Part shown: piece after piece, positions 1-13,000 of the stretch
Layout: each line of letters opens with the position of its first letter
How positions within the stretch are numbered: the first letter of the stretch is position 1
Virus record (IMG/VR): IMGVR_UViG_3300035429_000180
Length of the DNA stretch: 64,000 nucleotides
DNA from: an uncultured virus (IMG/VR IMGVR_UViG_3300035429_000180)
Taxonomy: Duplodnaviria > Heunggongvirae > Uroviricota > Caudoviricetes
Direction: 5' to 3' (one strand)
Notes under the pieces: generated by a model
Seen by the model: only the letters and a program-made list of their open reading frames with translations
What the model was told of the DNA's origin: nothing
Databases searched by the model: none
Position numbers and translations under genes: made by a program

Positions 1-1476
1 ATGGCAACTTTCAAAGCTATCGTCAAGGCCAAACGAAAGGACGGTTTCTACCCGGTGTATATCCGAGTGGCCCACCGTCGCAAATTGGCCTACATCCCGA
101 CCGACAAGTTTGTCAGGGATAGTGTCCTCTCTCGCTCAGGCGAGATTGAAGACCCATACGTGTTGCAGTATTGCTCACGAAAAATCATAGAGTTTGTTGA
201 GGCTCTTAACAAGATCGACACCGAGTGCTGGAGTGTGAACGACATCGTGGCCTACCTGAAATCGGGCGAGGCCGACATCAGCTTCAGCGACTACGCCCGA
301 CAGCACATTGACCGCATGGTGCAGCGCGGGCAGAAGCGCAACGCCCGAAATTATGAAATGGCGTTGAATCATCTGGAACGCTACGCCGGCACAACGGCGG
401 TGATGTTCTCGCAGCTCACGTCGTCGTTTGTCAACGAGTGGTTGAAGACGTTGGCAACGACTCGCAGGGCAAAGGAGATGTACCCCATTTGTCTGCGTCA
501 GGTGTTCAAGGCGGCGATGGAAGAATACAACGACTACGACAATAGCGTGATCCGCATCAAGACTAACCCGTGGGGCAAAGTCAAGATACCCGAAGCGGAC
601 AGGCCGGAGAAACTTGCGATCACACCACAGGCAGCGCGGGCATTCTTCTCTGCGCCTATACCTGAAAGCAAGATGAAAGCACCGTTAGAGGAAGTTGGCC
701 GCGATGTGGCCATGATGGTGTTGTGTCTCGCCGGTATCAACACAGTTGACCTCTACCACCTGAAGAAGTCGGACTACCACGACGGCATCATACACTACCG
801 TCGGGCGAAGACCAAGAAGTTCAGGGCGGATAACGCCTACATCGAAATGCGAGTGCCGTCCATCCTGTTGCCGTTGTTTGACAAGTATGCCACCGGCGAA
901 GATGACCCATTCCTGTTCAGCTTCCACAAGCGTTACCGCAATTCGGACAGCCTCGGCAGTAATGCCAACAGCGGAATCAAGAAAATTTGCGAGAGCATAG
1001 GCATTACAGGCGACGACCGCTATTGCGTCTACACGTTCCGCCACACTTGGGGAACGATAGCACAGAATGATTGCGGCGCGACCATTAGCGAAGTGGCCTT
1101 TGCCATGAACCATGCAAGCGGCCACGAGGTGACGCGCGGTTATCTCAAACTTGACTTCTCCCCTGCATGGAGATTGAATGAGCGTGTTGTTGATCTGATT
1201 TTTTACTCGGCCACCGAGAGCGAGAAGAAAGATCCGGAAGACGGCCTGTTTCGTTTCTCGGCAAAGCACCTTGTCCGCGGCGGCGCATATTTCCGTGGTA
1301 AACTATTGGGCGAGGTCGAGGACACTGGCTATAATAACATCGACGAGGTTATTCAAGCTCTTGTGCCTTTCGTGCCTGACGATGTTCCTCTGCGCTCCAT
1401 GGTGCAGTTCAAGATTGACATCATCGACAAAGGTCTTTCGCAGACTTACGAGCGCATGAAGGGAAAAGGTTTCTGA
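1..1476 (+). CDS. int: Tyrosine recombinase/integrase (Bacteroidales type: arm-binding + SAM-like + catalytic domains, with C-terminal extension)
   Basis: N-terminal 'DGFYPVYIRV' arm-binding motif; LAGINTVDL, YTFRHTW, NH and VTRGY catalytic boxes. Confidence 0.9.
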   Translation: MATFKAIVKAKRKDGFYPVYIRVAHRRKLAYIPTDKFVRDSVLSRSGEIEDPYVLQYCSRKIIEFVEALNKIDTECWSVNDIVAYLKSGEADISFSDYARQHIDRMVQRGQKRNARNYEMALNHLERYAGTTAVMFSQLTSSFVNEWLKTLATTRRAKEMYPICLRQVFKAAMEEYNDYDNSVIRIKTNPWGKVKIPEADRPEKLAITPQAARAFFSAPIPESKMKAPLEEVGRDVAMMVLCLAGINTVDLYHLKKSDYHDGIIHYRRAKTKKFRADNAYIEMRVPSILLPLFDKYATGEDDPFLFSFHKRYRNSDSLGSNANSGIKKICESIGITGDDRYCVYTFRHTWGTIAQNDCGATISEVAFAMNHASGHEVTRGYLKLDFSPAWRLNERVVDLIFYSATESEKKDPEDGLFRFSAKHLVRGGAYFRGKLLGEVEDTGYNNIDEVIQALVPFVPDDVPLRSMVQFKIDIIDKGLSQTYERMKGKGF

Positions 1477-1680
1477 AATCGCGGCCCCCTGTTTTCTTTC
1501 CCAACCCCTTTCGACCGACAAGGCATTTTCGCTTCGCCGGTCTTTTTCTTTTTTCAAAAACAAAATTTCAAAATAAAGTTTTCAAAACGTCGTCGCCGTC
1601 GTCGTTTTCTTCTATTCATCTTCTTTTATATATTTTCTTTTTATTTCTTTTCCTTTCTTTTCTTTTATGTACTTAATTCT

Positions 1681-1925
1681 GGAATTAAGCTGAGCTAACC
1701 TATAGTTTCCTCAAACAAAACCCCCATTAAGTTTGAGGAAACGAAAAATTCAAAAATAACTTCAAACAAAACCCATAGCTAACCCATAGTTTCCTCAAAC
1801 TTTACTATTTGCACCAAGTAGTTAATTTTACCCTGATTTCAGATTGTTTTGAATCGTCTATGAGGAATTAAGCTGAGCCAGCCCATAGTTTCCTCAAACA
1901 AAACCCCCATTAAGTTTGAGGAAAC
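1681..1925. repeat. Two 62-bp direct repeats (1681-1742, 1864-1925; 3 mismatches), each holding a perfect 12-bp inverted repeat GTTTCCTCAAAC-N14-GTTTGAGGAAAC, plus a lone half-site at 1789-1800
   Basis: Direct alignment of the sequence. Confidence 0.92.
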
Positions 1926-2019
1926 CCCATGCAAAACCAACATAATTTTCACAATTTGACGAGAAAAAACCGCCGACGGATTGTCAGGCGGTTGCTGTCT
2001 AAAGTGGAAGCCGAGTAGA

Positions 2020-2304
2020 TTACTCGTCCTCTCCAGCCAATTCTGCGAGGCGGTCTTCGATTGTCTTCTCCTTTTCTCCGGTGGTGAGATCAATAGCTGT
2101 GGCTTGCATTTTGGGCATCGTGTATTGCATGAGTCTTTCTGCAATCACGAGCCGGTCTTTTGGATCAAGAGCCATAAAGTCGGAAGTCATAAGGCCGCTG
2201 TTGGAATAATCGGCAAGTAAGGACACAATGACCTCCTTGCCCAACATGGTTGATTTGTTGGGTGTGCCCTTCTTTCGTCCTCCTGTCTTCTTTCCTATTG
2301 CCAT
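2020..2304 (-). CDS. Putative terminase small subunit-like protein
   Basis: N-terminal KTGGRKKGTPNK motif typical of small-terminase-like proteins; 94 aa; own TAnnTTTG promoter. Confidence 0.6.
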   Translation of the reverse strand: MAIGKKTGGRKKGTPNKSTMLGKEVIVSLLADYSNSGLMTSDFMALDPKDRLVIAERLMQYTMPKMQATAIDLTTGEKEKTIEDRLAELAGEDE

Positions 2305-2307
2305 GCA

Positions 2308-2371
2308 GTTAAAGTTAATACGTCACCACAAAGATAATAATGTAAATTCGCACACATAATTTAAGTTTAAC
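2308..2371. promoter_or_regulatory. Overlapping divergent late promoters (+: GTTAAAGTTAAT-N23-TAAATTCG; -: GTTAAACTTAAA-N23-TATCTTTG)
   Basis: Bacteroidota -7 box TAnnTTTG plus a conserved upstream motif at identical spacing on both strands. Confidence 0.65.
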
Positions 2372-2387
2372 TAATCATATTTAGTAT

Positions 2388-2885
2388 ATGGGCGTATTAG
2401 GCGGCGCAATCGGCGCAGGTTTAGGAGCTGTCGGGAGTATTTTCGGCGGCATATCTGCATCTAAAGCCATGAAACGTATTAAAAAGAATTTGCAGGAGCA
2501 GAGGCGCAAAAATCAGGATTGGTATGATCGACGCTATAATGAAGACGCAACCCAGAGGGCCGATGCACAGGCAATCCTGACGAGGACCGAGGAGTCTATT
2601 CGTAACCGCAACAAACAAGCTGCCGGTGTTCAGGCTGTCATGGGCGGCACAGAAGAAAGCGTAGCAGCGGCGAAAGCGGCCAACAACGAGGCTCTTGCTA
2701 CTGCAACTACCAACATCGCTGTCAACGGCGAGGCTCGAAAGGATGCTATTGAGAGTCAATATCAACAAAACGACGCGAACATTCAGCAAGCACTCAACGA
2801 CCTTGAGCAGAAGAAAGCGGCCAATATATCACAGGCCATTCAGGGCGTGACACAGGCTGGTGCTAACATCGCGGGAATACTTTAA
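2388..2885 (+). CDS. Putative ejection/DNA-transfer (pilot-like) virion protein
   Basis: Gly/Ala-rich hydrophobic N-terminus followed by Gln/Ala-rich coiled coil; first gene of the operon with the giant protein. Confidence 0.6.
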   Translation: MGVLGGAIGAGLGAVGSIFGGISASKAMKRIKKNLQEQRRKNQDWYDRRYNEDATQRADAQAILTRTEESIRNRNKQAAGVQAVMGGTEESVAAAKAANNEALATATTNIAVNGEARKDAIESQYQQNDANIQQALNDLEQKKAANISQAIQGVTQAGANIAGIL

Positions 2886-2890
2886 CGACT

Positions 2891-4054
2891 ATGGCAGTAA
2901 AACCCGAAGAAATATTAGCAAGAGGTCAAGGGCCGGTGCAGACGACGTGGGCAGATAAAGACACACAGCCGACTGTGCCGGTTAAGCCTGTGCAACCACA
3001 GTCCCCTGTGGCCACTGATGAGCCTACCGGCGTTGAGAGTGTCAGCTATGACACTACAACCGCACAGGGCGAACCGAACAATCCCAAGAATGCCCGCGAG
3101 GTCGTGGAGCGTGGCGTTGTCAATGTCGCCAATCCTCAAACGGCCACCGATACCGAGCAAGTTACCCCTGTCGATGAACAGCAGACAGCCCCCGAAGGGA
3201 AGAAGCTGTCATACGTTGAAATGTTCCAGCAGATGTCGCCGTATAAGCCCCCGACACCTGAGGAACTTGAAAAGGAGCGCAAGAAGCAGAAGCGAGAGGT
3301 TATCTTCGCCGCTATTGGCGAGGGTATCTCGGCTATGAGCAATCTCTACTTCACTACACAGTATGCACCCAACGCGTTCGACCCCTCGAAAGGTATGGCC
3401 GCAACCACAAAGGCACGTTTCGACCAACTGAAGAAAGACCGCGAGCAGAACCAGCGTGAATACATGGAAGGTTTCATGCGCGCTATGCGGTGGGATGCCG
3501 AAGACGCACGAGACGAGCGGAATTGGAATCACACAATTGAGCGTGAGAAAGTTACCGACCACTACAAGGAAGCCGCTGACGCTCGTGCGCAAGCCAAGGC
3601 CGACCGTGATGCTGCTATGGCTCAACTCCGCATGGACTTGATGCAGGGCAAAATCAATCAACAAGAAGCCGCCGCCGAGGCCAAGCGTATTGAGGCTGAC
3701 TATGCCGAAGCCTATTGGCAGTCGCGTATCAACAAGAATAACTATCGCCGTCCGATTGGCTCAGGTGGTCGTGGCGGCGGTGGAAAAGCACCTGAATATC
3801 CGTGGTACGACCGCGATGGCAATCTTCACTACGCTTCATCATACGAGGCTATGCGGCAAAATGCCCTCAATCATGGCACATGGAGCGAGGCTACGCAGGA
3901 AGTTGTTACTGAGCGAGAGCAAAAAGACCGCCGCGGCAACACCAAAAGCACAACATCATCGAACACGACCAAACCGGCAAAGGGTCACTCCGAGAAGCCG
4001 CAACAGCAAGAGCCACCCAAGGAGAAAAAGAAAACAAATGTAAAATGGAAATAG
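2891..4054 (+). CDS. Hypothetical protein, probable internal virion/ejection protein
   Basis: 387-aa ORF, coiled coil, between pilot-like gene and giant protein with 5-9 nt gaps. Confidence 0.6.
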   Translation: MAVKPEEILARGQGPVQTTWADKDTQPTVPVKPVQPQSPVATDEPTGVESVSYDTTTAQGEPNNPKNAREVVERGVVNVANPQTATDTEQVTPVDEQQTAPEGKKLSYVEMFQQMSPYKPPTPEELEKERKKQKREVIFAAIGEGISAMSNLYFTTQYAPNAFDPSKGMAATTKARFDQLKKDREQNQREYMEGFMRAMRWDAEDARDERNWNHTIEREKVTDHYKEAADARAQAKADRDAAMAQLRMDLMQGKINQQEAAAEAKRIEADYAEAYWQSRINKNNYRRPIGSGGRGGGGKAPEYPWYDRDGNLHYASSYEAMRQNALNHGTWSEATQEVVTEREQKDRRGNTKSTTSSNTTKPAKGHSEKPQQQEPPKEKKKTNVKWK

Positions 4055-4063
4055 TAAAGTGTT

Positions 4064-7000
4064 ATGACACAAGATAATAAATCACCTCTTTACACTCTAT
4101 ATGAGTCGCTTAAAGCCGATAATTACGATGTCCCCGACACATACGAGTCGTTTGAGCGCACTCTAAATGCATCAGGCAATGAGGGGACAAATAATCGTAT
4201 GACGCTCTATAATTCTCTAAAAGAGAACAATTACGACGTTCCTGATACATATGAATCGTTTGCCAATACTTTATTCGCACCTGAACGCCCTGCCGCTCCT
4301 ACTACCCCTGTCGATACGTTGGCTACTCCTACACCGCCACCGGCCACTCCTACCTCAGCCCAATACTTCAAACTGCGCCGTGGCGGTAAGGACTTCACAG
4401 TGTCGACCGACGAGGTAAATGCCGCCGGCGGTCTCGCCGGTTGGGCAGCAGCCAACCCCGGCGCACCTCTCCGCGTCTATATGCAGGGCAAAAAGGATGA
4501 CGGCACCGACTTCGACGGCCATGTGGATCTATCAGTCGCTCATGACCGAAGCAAGCAACGCGGCTACAAGTACACAACAACAAGCGAAGCTATCGAAGAT
4601 AAGCCGTGGCAACCTACCGAGCAGGAGAAGATCGCCATATCACGACAACTCAATCAAGTGCAAGCACAGACTGATGCAATGTTTGCCGAGACTCGCGAGC
4701 GCATGGAGAATGTTTCGGAGTATTACCGTGGTAATCGTGGCTTAGGCTTCCAGACTGTCGAAGGTAAGCCGGTACTCAATCCTGAAACCGGTAAAATGGA
4801 AAAAACATATCTCACGCCCACAGGAGACCGCACGACGAGCAAGACTGCGGCTGATATGTCTACATTCAATTTCCGTCAGGCAATGGCCTCCGCCGATATG
4901 TCGGTGGGTGCACAGATTCGCCGTGCTGAAGCTGAACTTGCAGAACTGAAAAGAAAGTACGAAGATAGCAAGGGCCGTGTGCATGGAGAATGGGCAGATG
5001 ACTATAAAAAGAACGATGCTCCTCTTGCTGCTGTCCTCGCCGCGAATACATACGTCCCGCACCAGATGTCAGACAAAGAGAACTCTGCCCTGCGTGTCGC
5101 CATCCGGCAAAGGAAAGAGCAGCTCAAGGACTTGTACGAGGAACGTGACAGGCAGATTGGTAAGGATGTCGGCTTCTGGCGTGGGTTCGGTCGAGTTGTC
5201 AGCGACAGCCGCACCTGGGATTTTGGTACAGGTGATCTAATGGACGCTATGACCATGCTTAATGTCGACAAATATTCTGCCCCGGACGCTACTGAGGGAG
5301 AGAAACAAGCTGGTCAAGAAATGCTTAAGGCCATACATGACAAACAACAAGTAGAAGAAATGTATGGCGGTAATGCGTCTTTCTGGAACAGGGCCGGTGT
5401 TATGACAGGCTATATGCCATCGTTCATGCTTGACTTTGCTCTTACAGGTGGTGGTTACGAAGTAATCAACGTGGCCGGAAAGGCCGCTGCTCGTGGCACT
5501 GCAAAACTAATAGGAGAAGCGGCCATTAAGGAAATGACCGAGTTAGGAGTAAAAGCCTATGCAAAGAAATACGGAGTCCGTGGCATTGGCCGCATGGCAG
5601 AGAATTGGACCATCAAGGCTCTTGGCACAACGGCAGATGACTTGCTTATTCGTGCTCCGCTTATGACCAATACAGTGCAGGTCGGCAAGACCACCGCAGA
5701 TATTATCGATCGCAAACTCGGTGATGTAGTTGTCGATGCCAATGGCAACTATGACTTCTCCAACGATAAAACTTGGGGAAGTGCAATATGGCAGGGAGAG
5801 GCCAACGCAATCATAGAGAACTACTCGGAAATGTTCGGCGCACACCTCGATGGCGTTGTACCGGCTCTTGCAAAGACTTTCGGCGGTAAGCGTATCAGCG
5901 GTATGCTTGCGCGAGCCAATGCGTCAAGCTACGGCCAAATCCTTGCTACCACCCGCAAACAGTTTGAACGCCTCGGTGTTTCTGACTACTTTGGCGAGGT
6001 CAGCGAAGAATATTACGGCCAGCTTTGGCGCACTATGCTCAATCTCGACGACGCATATACCAACGTGCCTGTCTATGACAAGCAGGGAAATCAGGTACTC
6101 GATGAGCAAGGTAACCCCGTCTACGAGCGCAAGAATCTTTTGTTTACAGGGCAGTTTCACGGTGATATCTGGGGTGGCATGGCTCTTTCTATGGGTCTTA
6201 TGGGAGCAGGTAAATACACCCTATCCGGCATCGCTTATGGAAGCATGAAACATCAGGTGAACAAAGCCGACCGCAAAGCCGCTGAAATCTTCACTCCTGA
6301 ACGTTGGGAGACTATTCGTGAGATTGTCGACAGCACTACCAACGATGATATGGGAGCACTCGCTGAAAGCATAATCAATGACCCCAATCTTTCAGATGAA
6401 GAGCGTACCGCAGTCTTGGGCTATATGGAGCGTAGCCTTAATCTCCGTGGCCTCAATCTCGGTGCTATGGCGCAGAGTCGTGGTGTAGAAGATGAGGAAG
6501 GTGCCGAAATGACTCCATCTATCGAAATGGAAATTGACAGTGAACTCAGTCAATCATATATAGATGGCTACGAGGCTTCATCTCCACAAGAGATGAACGA
6601 TGCACAAAATATGTTTGAGTATCAGCGTCAGAGAGTAGAGGGTATGTTTGATCCAAGTGTACTTGAATCTCTTGACGGAAGTCCTATTGCCACTCTTATG
6701 GATATGTCGCAGACCGGCCTCTATTCTCAGGAAGAAATCGACGCCGCCCGCGACTATATCAATGCCAAGACCGTGCGCGACGGCATTCTGCAACGTGTCA
6801 ATGACAATATCGACGAGCAGATTGCCCAGAGCGATGCGATGATTGACGCTCGTGTGAACCCTGCAAGCAGTATGATACAGCCCGCAATAATGGGTCTCGA
6901 CGACCGTCAGGTGTACGTTGTCGGTGGCACACTCGCTATCAATCCCGACGGAACAATAGACCGTGAGGCTTCTGACGAGTCTATTGTGGTTCGTGACGCT

Positions 7001-10000
7001 GTGACAGGCGAAGTGGAATTTACCGACCCGAAGTCTATTGTATCGGCCGGCGAAGCCATAGACCCCGAAATGGAAAAGGCTATTGCCGTCGACAATATCC
7101 GCCAACAGGCGGCACAGGCCGCAGCCGACGCGATGAACGGCACACTTGCTTTCAATCCGGGCGACGTTATGGAAATCAACGATGGCGGCGGTCTTATTCA
7201 GGTTACTATCCTCGGTCCGCTCGTCGATGAAGAAAGCGGTATGCCTATCGATGGTCAAGTGATGGTGCAATTTCCCAACGGTCAACAGACGGCATTTGCC
7301 AAAGAGCAGCTCCAATCCTTTGCCGACGCGGCCAATCTTGAACGATTGAACAATTTCGAGCAAGAACGCGCCGCCGCCCGTACACAGCAACAGGCAACCG
7401 AAGCCGAAGCACTGCGCCCGCAGTTTGCCCTCAATGATGAGTTTACTATCATCAATGAGTCCGGTATGCCTGTGCGTGGTAGTATCACCGGCGAACTTGA
7501 CGAGGACGGTACGGTGGAGATATACACCGAAGAGCCTATCAACGGCCAGCGTGTCGGCCGCTATACTCCTGACGAACTCGAACAGATGTTTGACACCTAT
7601 AATGGCCAGACGGTTACTGTTCCCAAAATCGCAGAAAACGTTCCCAATATTGAGGAAACGCCCGAAAATGCCAGGGAAATTAGTGAAAATTCCACGGAAA
7701 CCGTTCCCAATCCGTATGAAGCGGCCCCTATGCAACCTCAGCAGACCGCTCTTTCTAATATCCCTCTCGACGAACAGGGACAGCCTAACTACATCGAGGC
7801 CGATGCTGATACAGCGTGGGATGCTATCGTGGAGCTGTCAGGTGACGAAGAGATTGCCGCCGAAGTTGTGGCCGATTATGTGAATGAGGCCGAAGCCGAC
7901 TTCAATGCCGCAGAGAAAGCCCTTTCCAAGACAAAGGAAGGTAAACCAGAAAAGCGTAAGGCCGGTGATCCTGCTCCAACTATGGAAGAGCGTATCGCAG
8001 CCAAGAAAGCCGCCAAAGAAGCACTCGGCGAGGCACAGGCAATCCGCGACCGCGCTAAATATATCTTCGACCAATGGAAGAAGATTGCCGGAACAAAACA
8101 GCGTAGAGAGGCTGAACGGCGTAGCGCAGAGGACGCAGAGGCTCGTCGCCGTGCTGAGGAACGTGCAGTAGAGGAAGCTCGACTGAGGGCCGAACGTGAG
8201 GAAGCTGACCGCATAGAGCGTGAAGCCCTCAACGGTGTGCCTGATTGGTCAGTTGATACTCCTGTCGACGCTCGCGCTCGTGGCTATCGACGCAACGGAC
8301 CGCAGAAAGTTGACCGCCCGGAAATCATCGACAATCACGCTATCGGCAATTCGGTTGAGGTCAAGTTTGGCGACGATGTTATGCAGAGGGGTAATGTCGT
8401 TGTCATTGACGCATCGCAGTTACAGCCGAGCCACCGCGACGGCCAGCGCAACCCAGCCCACTTCCTCGACGAAGCACAGCCCAAAGAGCGTAAGGACGCG
8501 GCAAGCCGCTTCGCCGCTTCCAAGATTGCCGAGAACATACGCCCCGAAGAAATCACTTCGAGCGTGACGGCCTACACCGGCGCACCGAGTATCAACAGCC
8601 GTGGCGAGGTTATTCAGGGCAACAACCGAAGCGAAGCACTCCGCCTTATGTACGAGGGTTACGCAGACTCCGCCGCCAAGTATAAGCAGTACCTTATAGA
8701 CCATGCCGCAGAATTTGGTCTTACTCCTGAAGCTATCGAGGCTTTTGAACAGCCGGTACTCGCCAATATGCTCGACGTGTCGGACGAGAATGCCATTACC
8801 CTCGGCCAATATGTCGCACAGGACACCGAGAGCGGCGGCATTGAACGTATTAAGCCCAAGAACGCAGTTCAGAAAATGGGTGACAAGATACGCAACTTTG
8901 CCAATCTTCTGCTTCGTTCTGCCGATGATGAAGCCACTTTTGCGCAGCTCGTGGACGCTAATGGCATTAACGTGTTGAAGTGGATGAACCAACAGGGTTT
9001 TATCACCAACACCCAATATGCAAGTGCTTTCGATAGCAAAGGCAACCTCACAGCCGAAGCGGCCAACGACCTCAAGGGCATAATGTACCAATCTATCTTC
9101 ACAGGCGGTAGCACTCGCCTTGAAGAAATGTTCAACAAAATGCCGGCAAAGGCTCAACGAGCGATCCTCGCCACCGCATTCCGGGACTATGACAGCATTC
9201 TCGCTGATCGCATGATTAGCGAAATACAGCAGTCTATCATTGCTTTTGACGCACTTATGGGTTACGAGCAGTTCCGCGATGCGGCCAATGCCGAAGCCTC
9301 ACAACATGCAGCTGAGGCATGGAAGTTGCAATTTGCCTTTGACGATGTTTCTGGCAAGCCTTATCTACCCTCAGAAACTTTCAGTAACTTTGCACTCGCA
9401 CTTGCGGCCATGTATAAGGGCAGCACTCAAAAGCATATTCAGTCAGTATTCAATATGATGTATGACATCGTACAGGGTACTGAACAGGATAATCTCTTTG
9501 AGGCCGCTGACAAGACACCCAAACCTCTTGCCGAGGCGATACGCCGTGTGCTTAATCTCGAATATCAACCCATAACAAAACAAACAACCGACAATGGAAC
9601 AAATGGAAGTGCTGTATTGGACATCAATCGTAAAGATGGCCAAGACGGGCGACCCGGAAGCGATGGAAACGCTGACGGCGCAGAACAACATCAGGAAGAA
9701 ACAGAACCGGCCGACAGTGGAGCAGGAACTGCAAGCGATAGCGGACAAAGGGATGGTATAAAAAGTTCTCTCGGCGACCGTGTTAAGGAGGCTGAAGCTG
9801 AGGTCAACACGGACCCGACTCCAGCGCAGAAGGAAGCTGGCAACTATAAGAAAGGCCATGTTCAAATTGGCACGTTTGACGTAACCATTGAGCAGCCTGT
9901 TGGTTCTGTTCGCCGTGGCACCGACGCAGATGGCAAAGAGTGGGAAACCACCATGCAGAACACCTACGGCTACATCCGAGGCACGGAGGGCGTAGACGGC

Positions 10001-13000
10001 GATCATATAGATGTTTTCCTGTCGGATAACATAGACGGCTGGAATGGCCGACGTGTGGTTATCGTTGACCAATACAATCCTGACGGTACTTTCGACGAGC
10101 ACAAGGTCATGCTTGGCTTCAACGACAAGGCTGACGCTATCAACGCCTATCTCGCCAACTATGAAGAAGGTTGGGACAAAGACCGTCGTCTTGTATTCTC
10201 ATCTGCTATTATTGACGACTTCGAGAAATGGATTGAGAGCAGCCACCGCAAACAGAAACCATATCATGAATATAAGATTGCTGAAAAAGCCGAAATTGAG
10301 GAAAGTACTCCTGAAAATCCGATATCCACATCTCCTGTTTGGACCGCAGACCATCAGTTTTGGATTGATTTAATTCGGAATTACATAAACTATAACAACC
10401 ATATTGATGCTGAGTGTCTTGATTATGAGCCTTTCCTTGCTAATGGAGGCTTCGCTAAATTTTATAGTTTATTCGGCGATGGATATGAGCAGATATTAGA
10501 TACTCTCAATAACGAGAGTAAAACTGCCGGCCATTCAACTTTGGCACAGCCCGCAGAAATAGGAGCTGAGACACAGCAGGATGCCAACAAGCCTGTTAAT
10601 CCGAGTGGTAACAAACTTGTGACTGACGAGAGATATGCAGAACTCCGTGAGCGTATGCGAAAGAAACTCGGCGGTCAGTTCAATATGGGTGTAGATCCCG
10701 AAATTCTTACTATCGGAACGGAAATGGCCGTGTATCATATCGAGAAAGGAGCGAGAAAATTCAAAGCCTATGCTTCGGCCATGATTGCAGACCTCGGCGA
10801 CGCTATCCGTCCTTACCTGAAATCGTTTTACAATGCGGTCCGCGATATGCCCGAAGCAGAAGCCGCAGGGCTTGTTGCCGATATGGATAGCTACGACGAT
10901 GTGCGCCATGTTGATATAGCCAACTTTGACAAGTCTTCCACTGATGCGATGGCTACTGCCGCTGCTGTCATGGCCGAGCAGGAAGCTGAAAAACAAAAAG
11001 CCGAGGCACAAGCAAAATCAATCAATAAGCGCAATGAAAAAAACAATAAAGCTAAGTCGGCAACAAACGCACCGGACATCCATGTGCCTGAACAGCGTCC
11101 CGTCGCAGACCTAATCGGCGACTCTGCCACATATCAGGAGCGAGAGACACAGACCGTTGAATTGGTTGAGGAAATCGGAGGCGTGATTGAGAGCCGTGTT
11201 GATATGCTTCAGCTTGCCCCAGAAAGTGTGAAGCCTCTTACCATGACCGATGTTAAGAAAATGGCCTCGAAGTATCCGGCTCTTAAAGACATCAGCGACA
11301 CCGACCTTCAGGAACTCGTCGAGCTTGCTATGACACAGCTCACACGCTCCGAAGCTCTTGTCAACATCGACGGCACAGCCGAGCAGCAGCGGTCAGCCTA
11401 CGACCACATTGTCAACCTCTATCAGATACAGCCGAGCCTCAACGCGCGCGACAGTGAGCGACTGATTAAGCAACAATACTCCACGCCTACGCCTTTCGGC
11501 TATGTTATGGGTCAATTCGTCCGCGCCGGCGGCAAGAGTGTAGACAGTATGCTCGAACCGAGTGCAGGCAACGGAGCATTGACAATAACGGTCGATCCGT
11601 CCGTCGTCCATGTAAATGACATTGACGAGGCACGCCTCGCAAATCTCCGCAAACTTGGTTTCGGTCAGGTAACAGCACAAGATGCCCTGTTGCCATTCTC
11701 AGGCGATATGGTGGATGTTGTTATGACCAATCCGCCTTTTGGCACGGTCACTGAAAAAGTCTACGACGGTGTTTTCCGCATTTCGAGCCTTGAGGGTCAA
11801 ATGGCAATCAATGCTCTGGAGCAGATGAAAGACGACGGTCGAGCCGCTATCGTAATCGGTGGAAACACAAGTTATCGCACAAATGGCTCGATGAATCCCA
11901 AAGATGCCGCATTTTTTGGCTATCTTTACAGCCACTATAACGTCGCAGATGTTATCAACATAAGCGGCAAGGCTCTCTATTCTCGCAATGGTACGGGCTA
12001 CGATGTGCGCATGATACTGATTGACGGACGCAAGACCGGCGAATTTAAGCGCGTCTTCCCGCCTGTCAAGGCCAAAGCCTGTGCAGAGCAGATAACAACA
12101 TTCGACGAACTTTATAAACGTGTTCAAGATGATATACAGCAAATTCAGCAAGTGGGGAGTCAGTCTGCCAATGTGCAGCGAGACCCCGAAACAGCCGCTG
12201 ACGGAACAGCGAGTGCGCCTGTTCGTTCAGGAAACAATCGCCCGAACACAGGAGCAGGGCAACGACCCGGTACAACAGGCGATGCAGTCCGAGATACACC
12301 CCGGACCGATAGCGGACAGCCTACACCCGGAAATGTCGGAAGCCGACCTTCTGGAGTGGATAATGCAGACACAGGAAATGCAGGAAGCACTGATAATGTT
12401 CCGCAATCAAAACCCGAACAGCCCCGAAGCATCGGAGGTGGAAGCACACAAAATGGAGCAGGAAGAAGTGGAAGCGACGGACGTGGAACAGTTGCTTCTC
12501 GACCTGACCGTGGCGCAGAGCGACTGGAGATAAAGCCCGACCTCAATACTGAGAAAGTACCATACCCAAATCAAAGCGATAACGGCTTTACCCTAATGTC
12601 GGTAGTGCCGGCCGCACAAGCGCAAGTGCTTCAAAAGAGCCTTGGCGAAATTGGCGACGTAGACCAATATCTTGTAGACGGGCTCGGCTATTCGAGCAAA
12701 GAGGAACTGTATAGTTATCTTGCTGCCGAGCAGATAGACTCCGTAGCACTCGCCATACACCAAATGAATAATGGCAACGCCTTTATCATTGGCGACATGA
12801 CAGGCGTAGGCAAAGGCCGTCAGGGTGCAGCCCTAATACGCTATGCCGTGAAACAGGGCAAAGTGCCTATCTACTTCACACAGAAACCTACACTCTATAC
12901 CGACAATTACCGAGACCTCTGCGACATCGGCAGCAGCGACCTACGCCCATTCATCATAGCGTCCAATCCCAAAGACGCTAATATCGTCGACGCAGACGGC

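Noticed and set aside
1681..1925. CRISPR array
   Set aside because: Only two 62-bp copies with a 121-bp interval containing partial repeats; no cas genes.
6578..7735. Long antisense ORFs (this 385-aa one and many others inside large genes)
   Set aside because: Shadow ORFs opposite well-supported genes, with no motifs.
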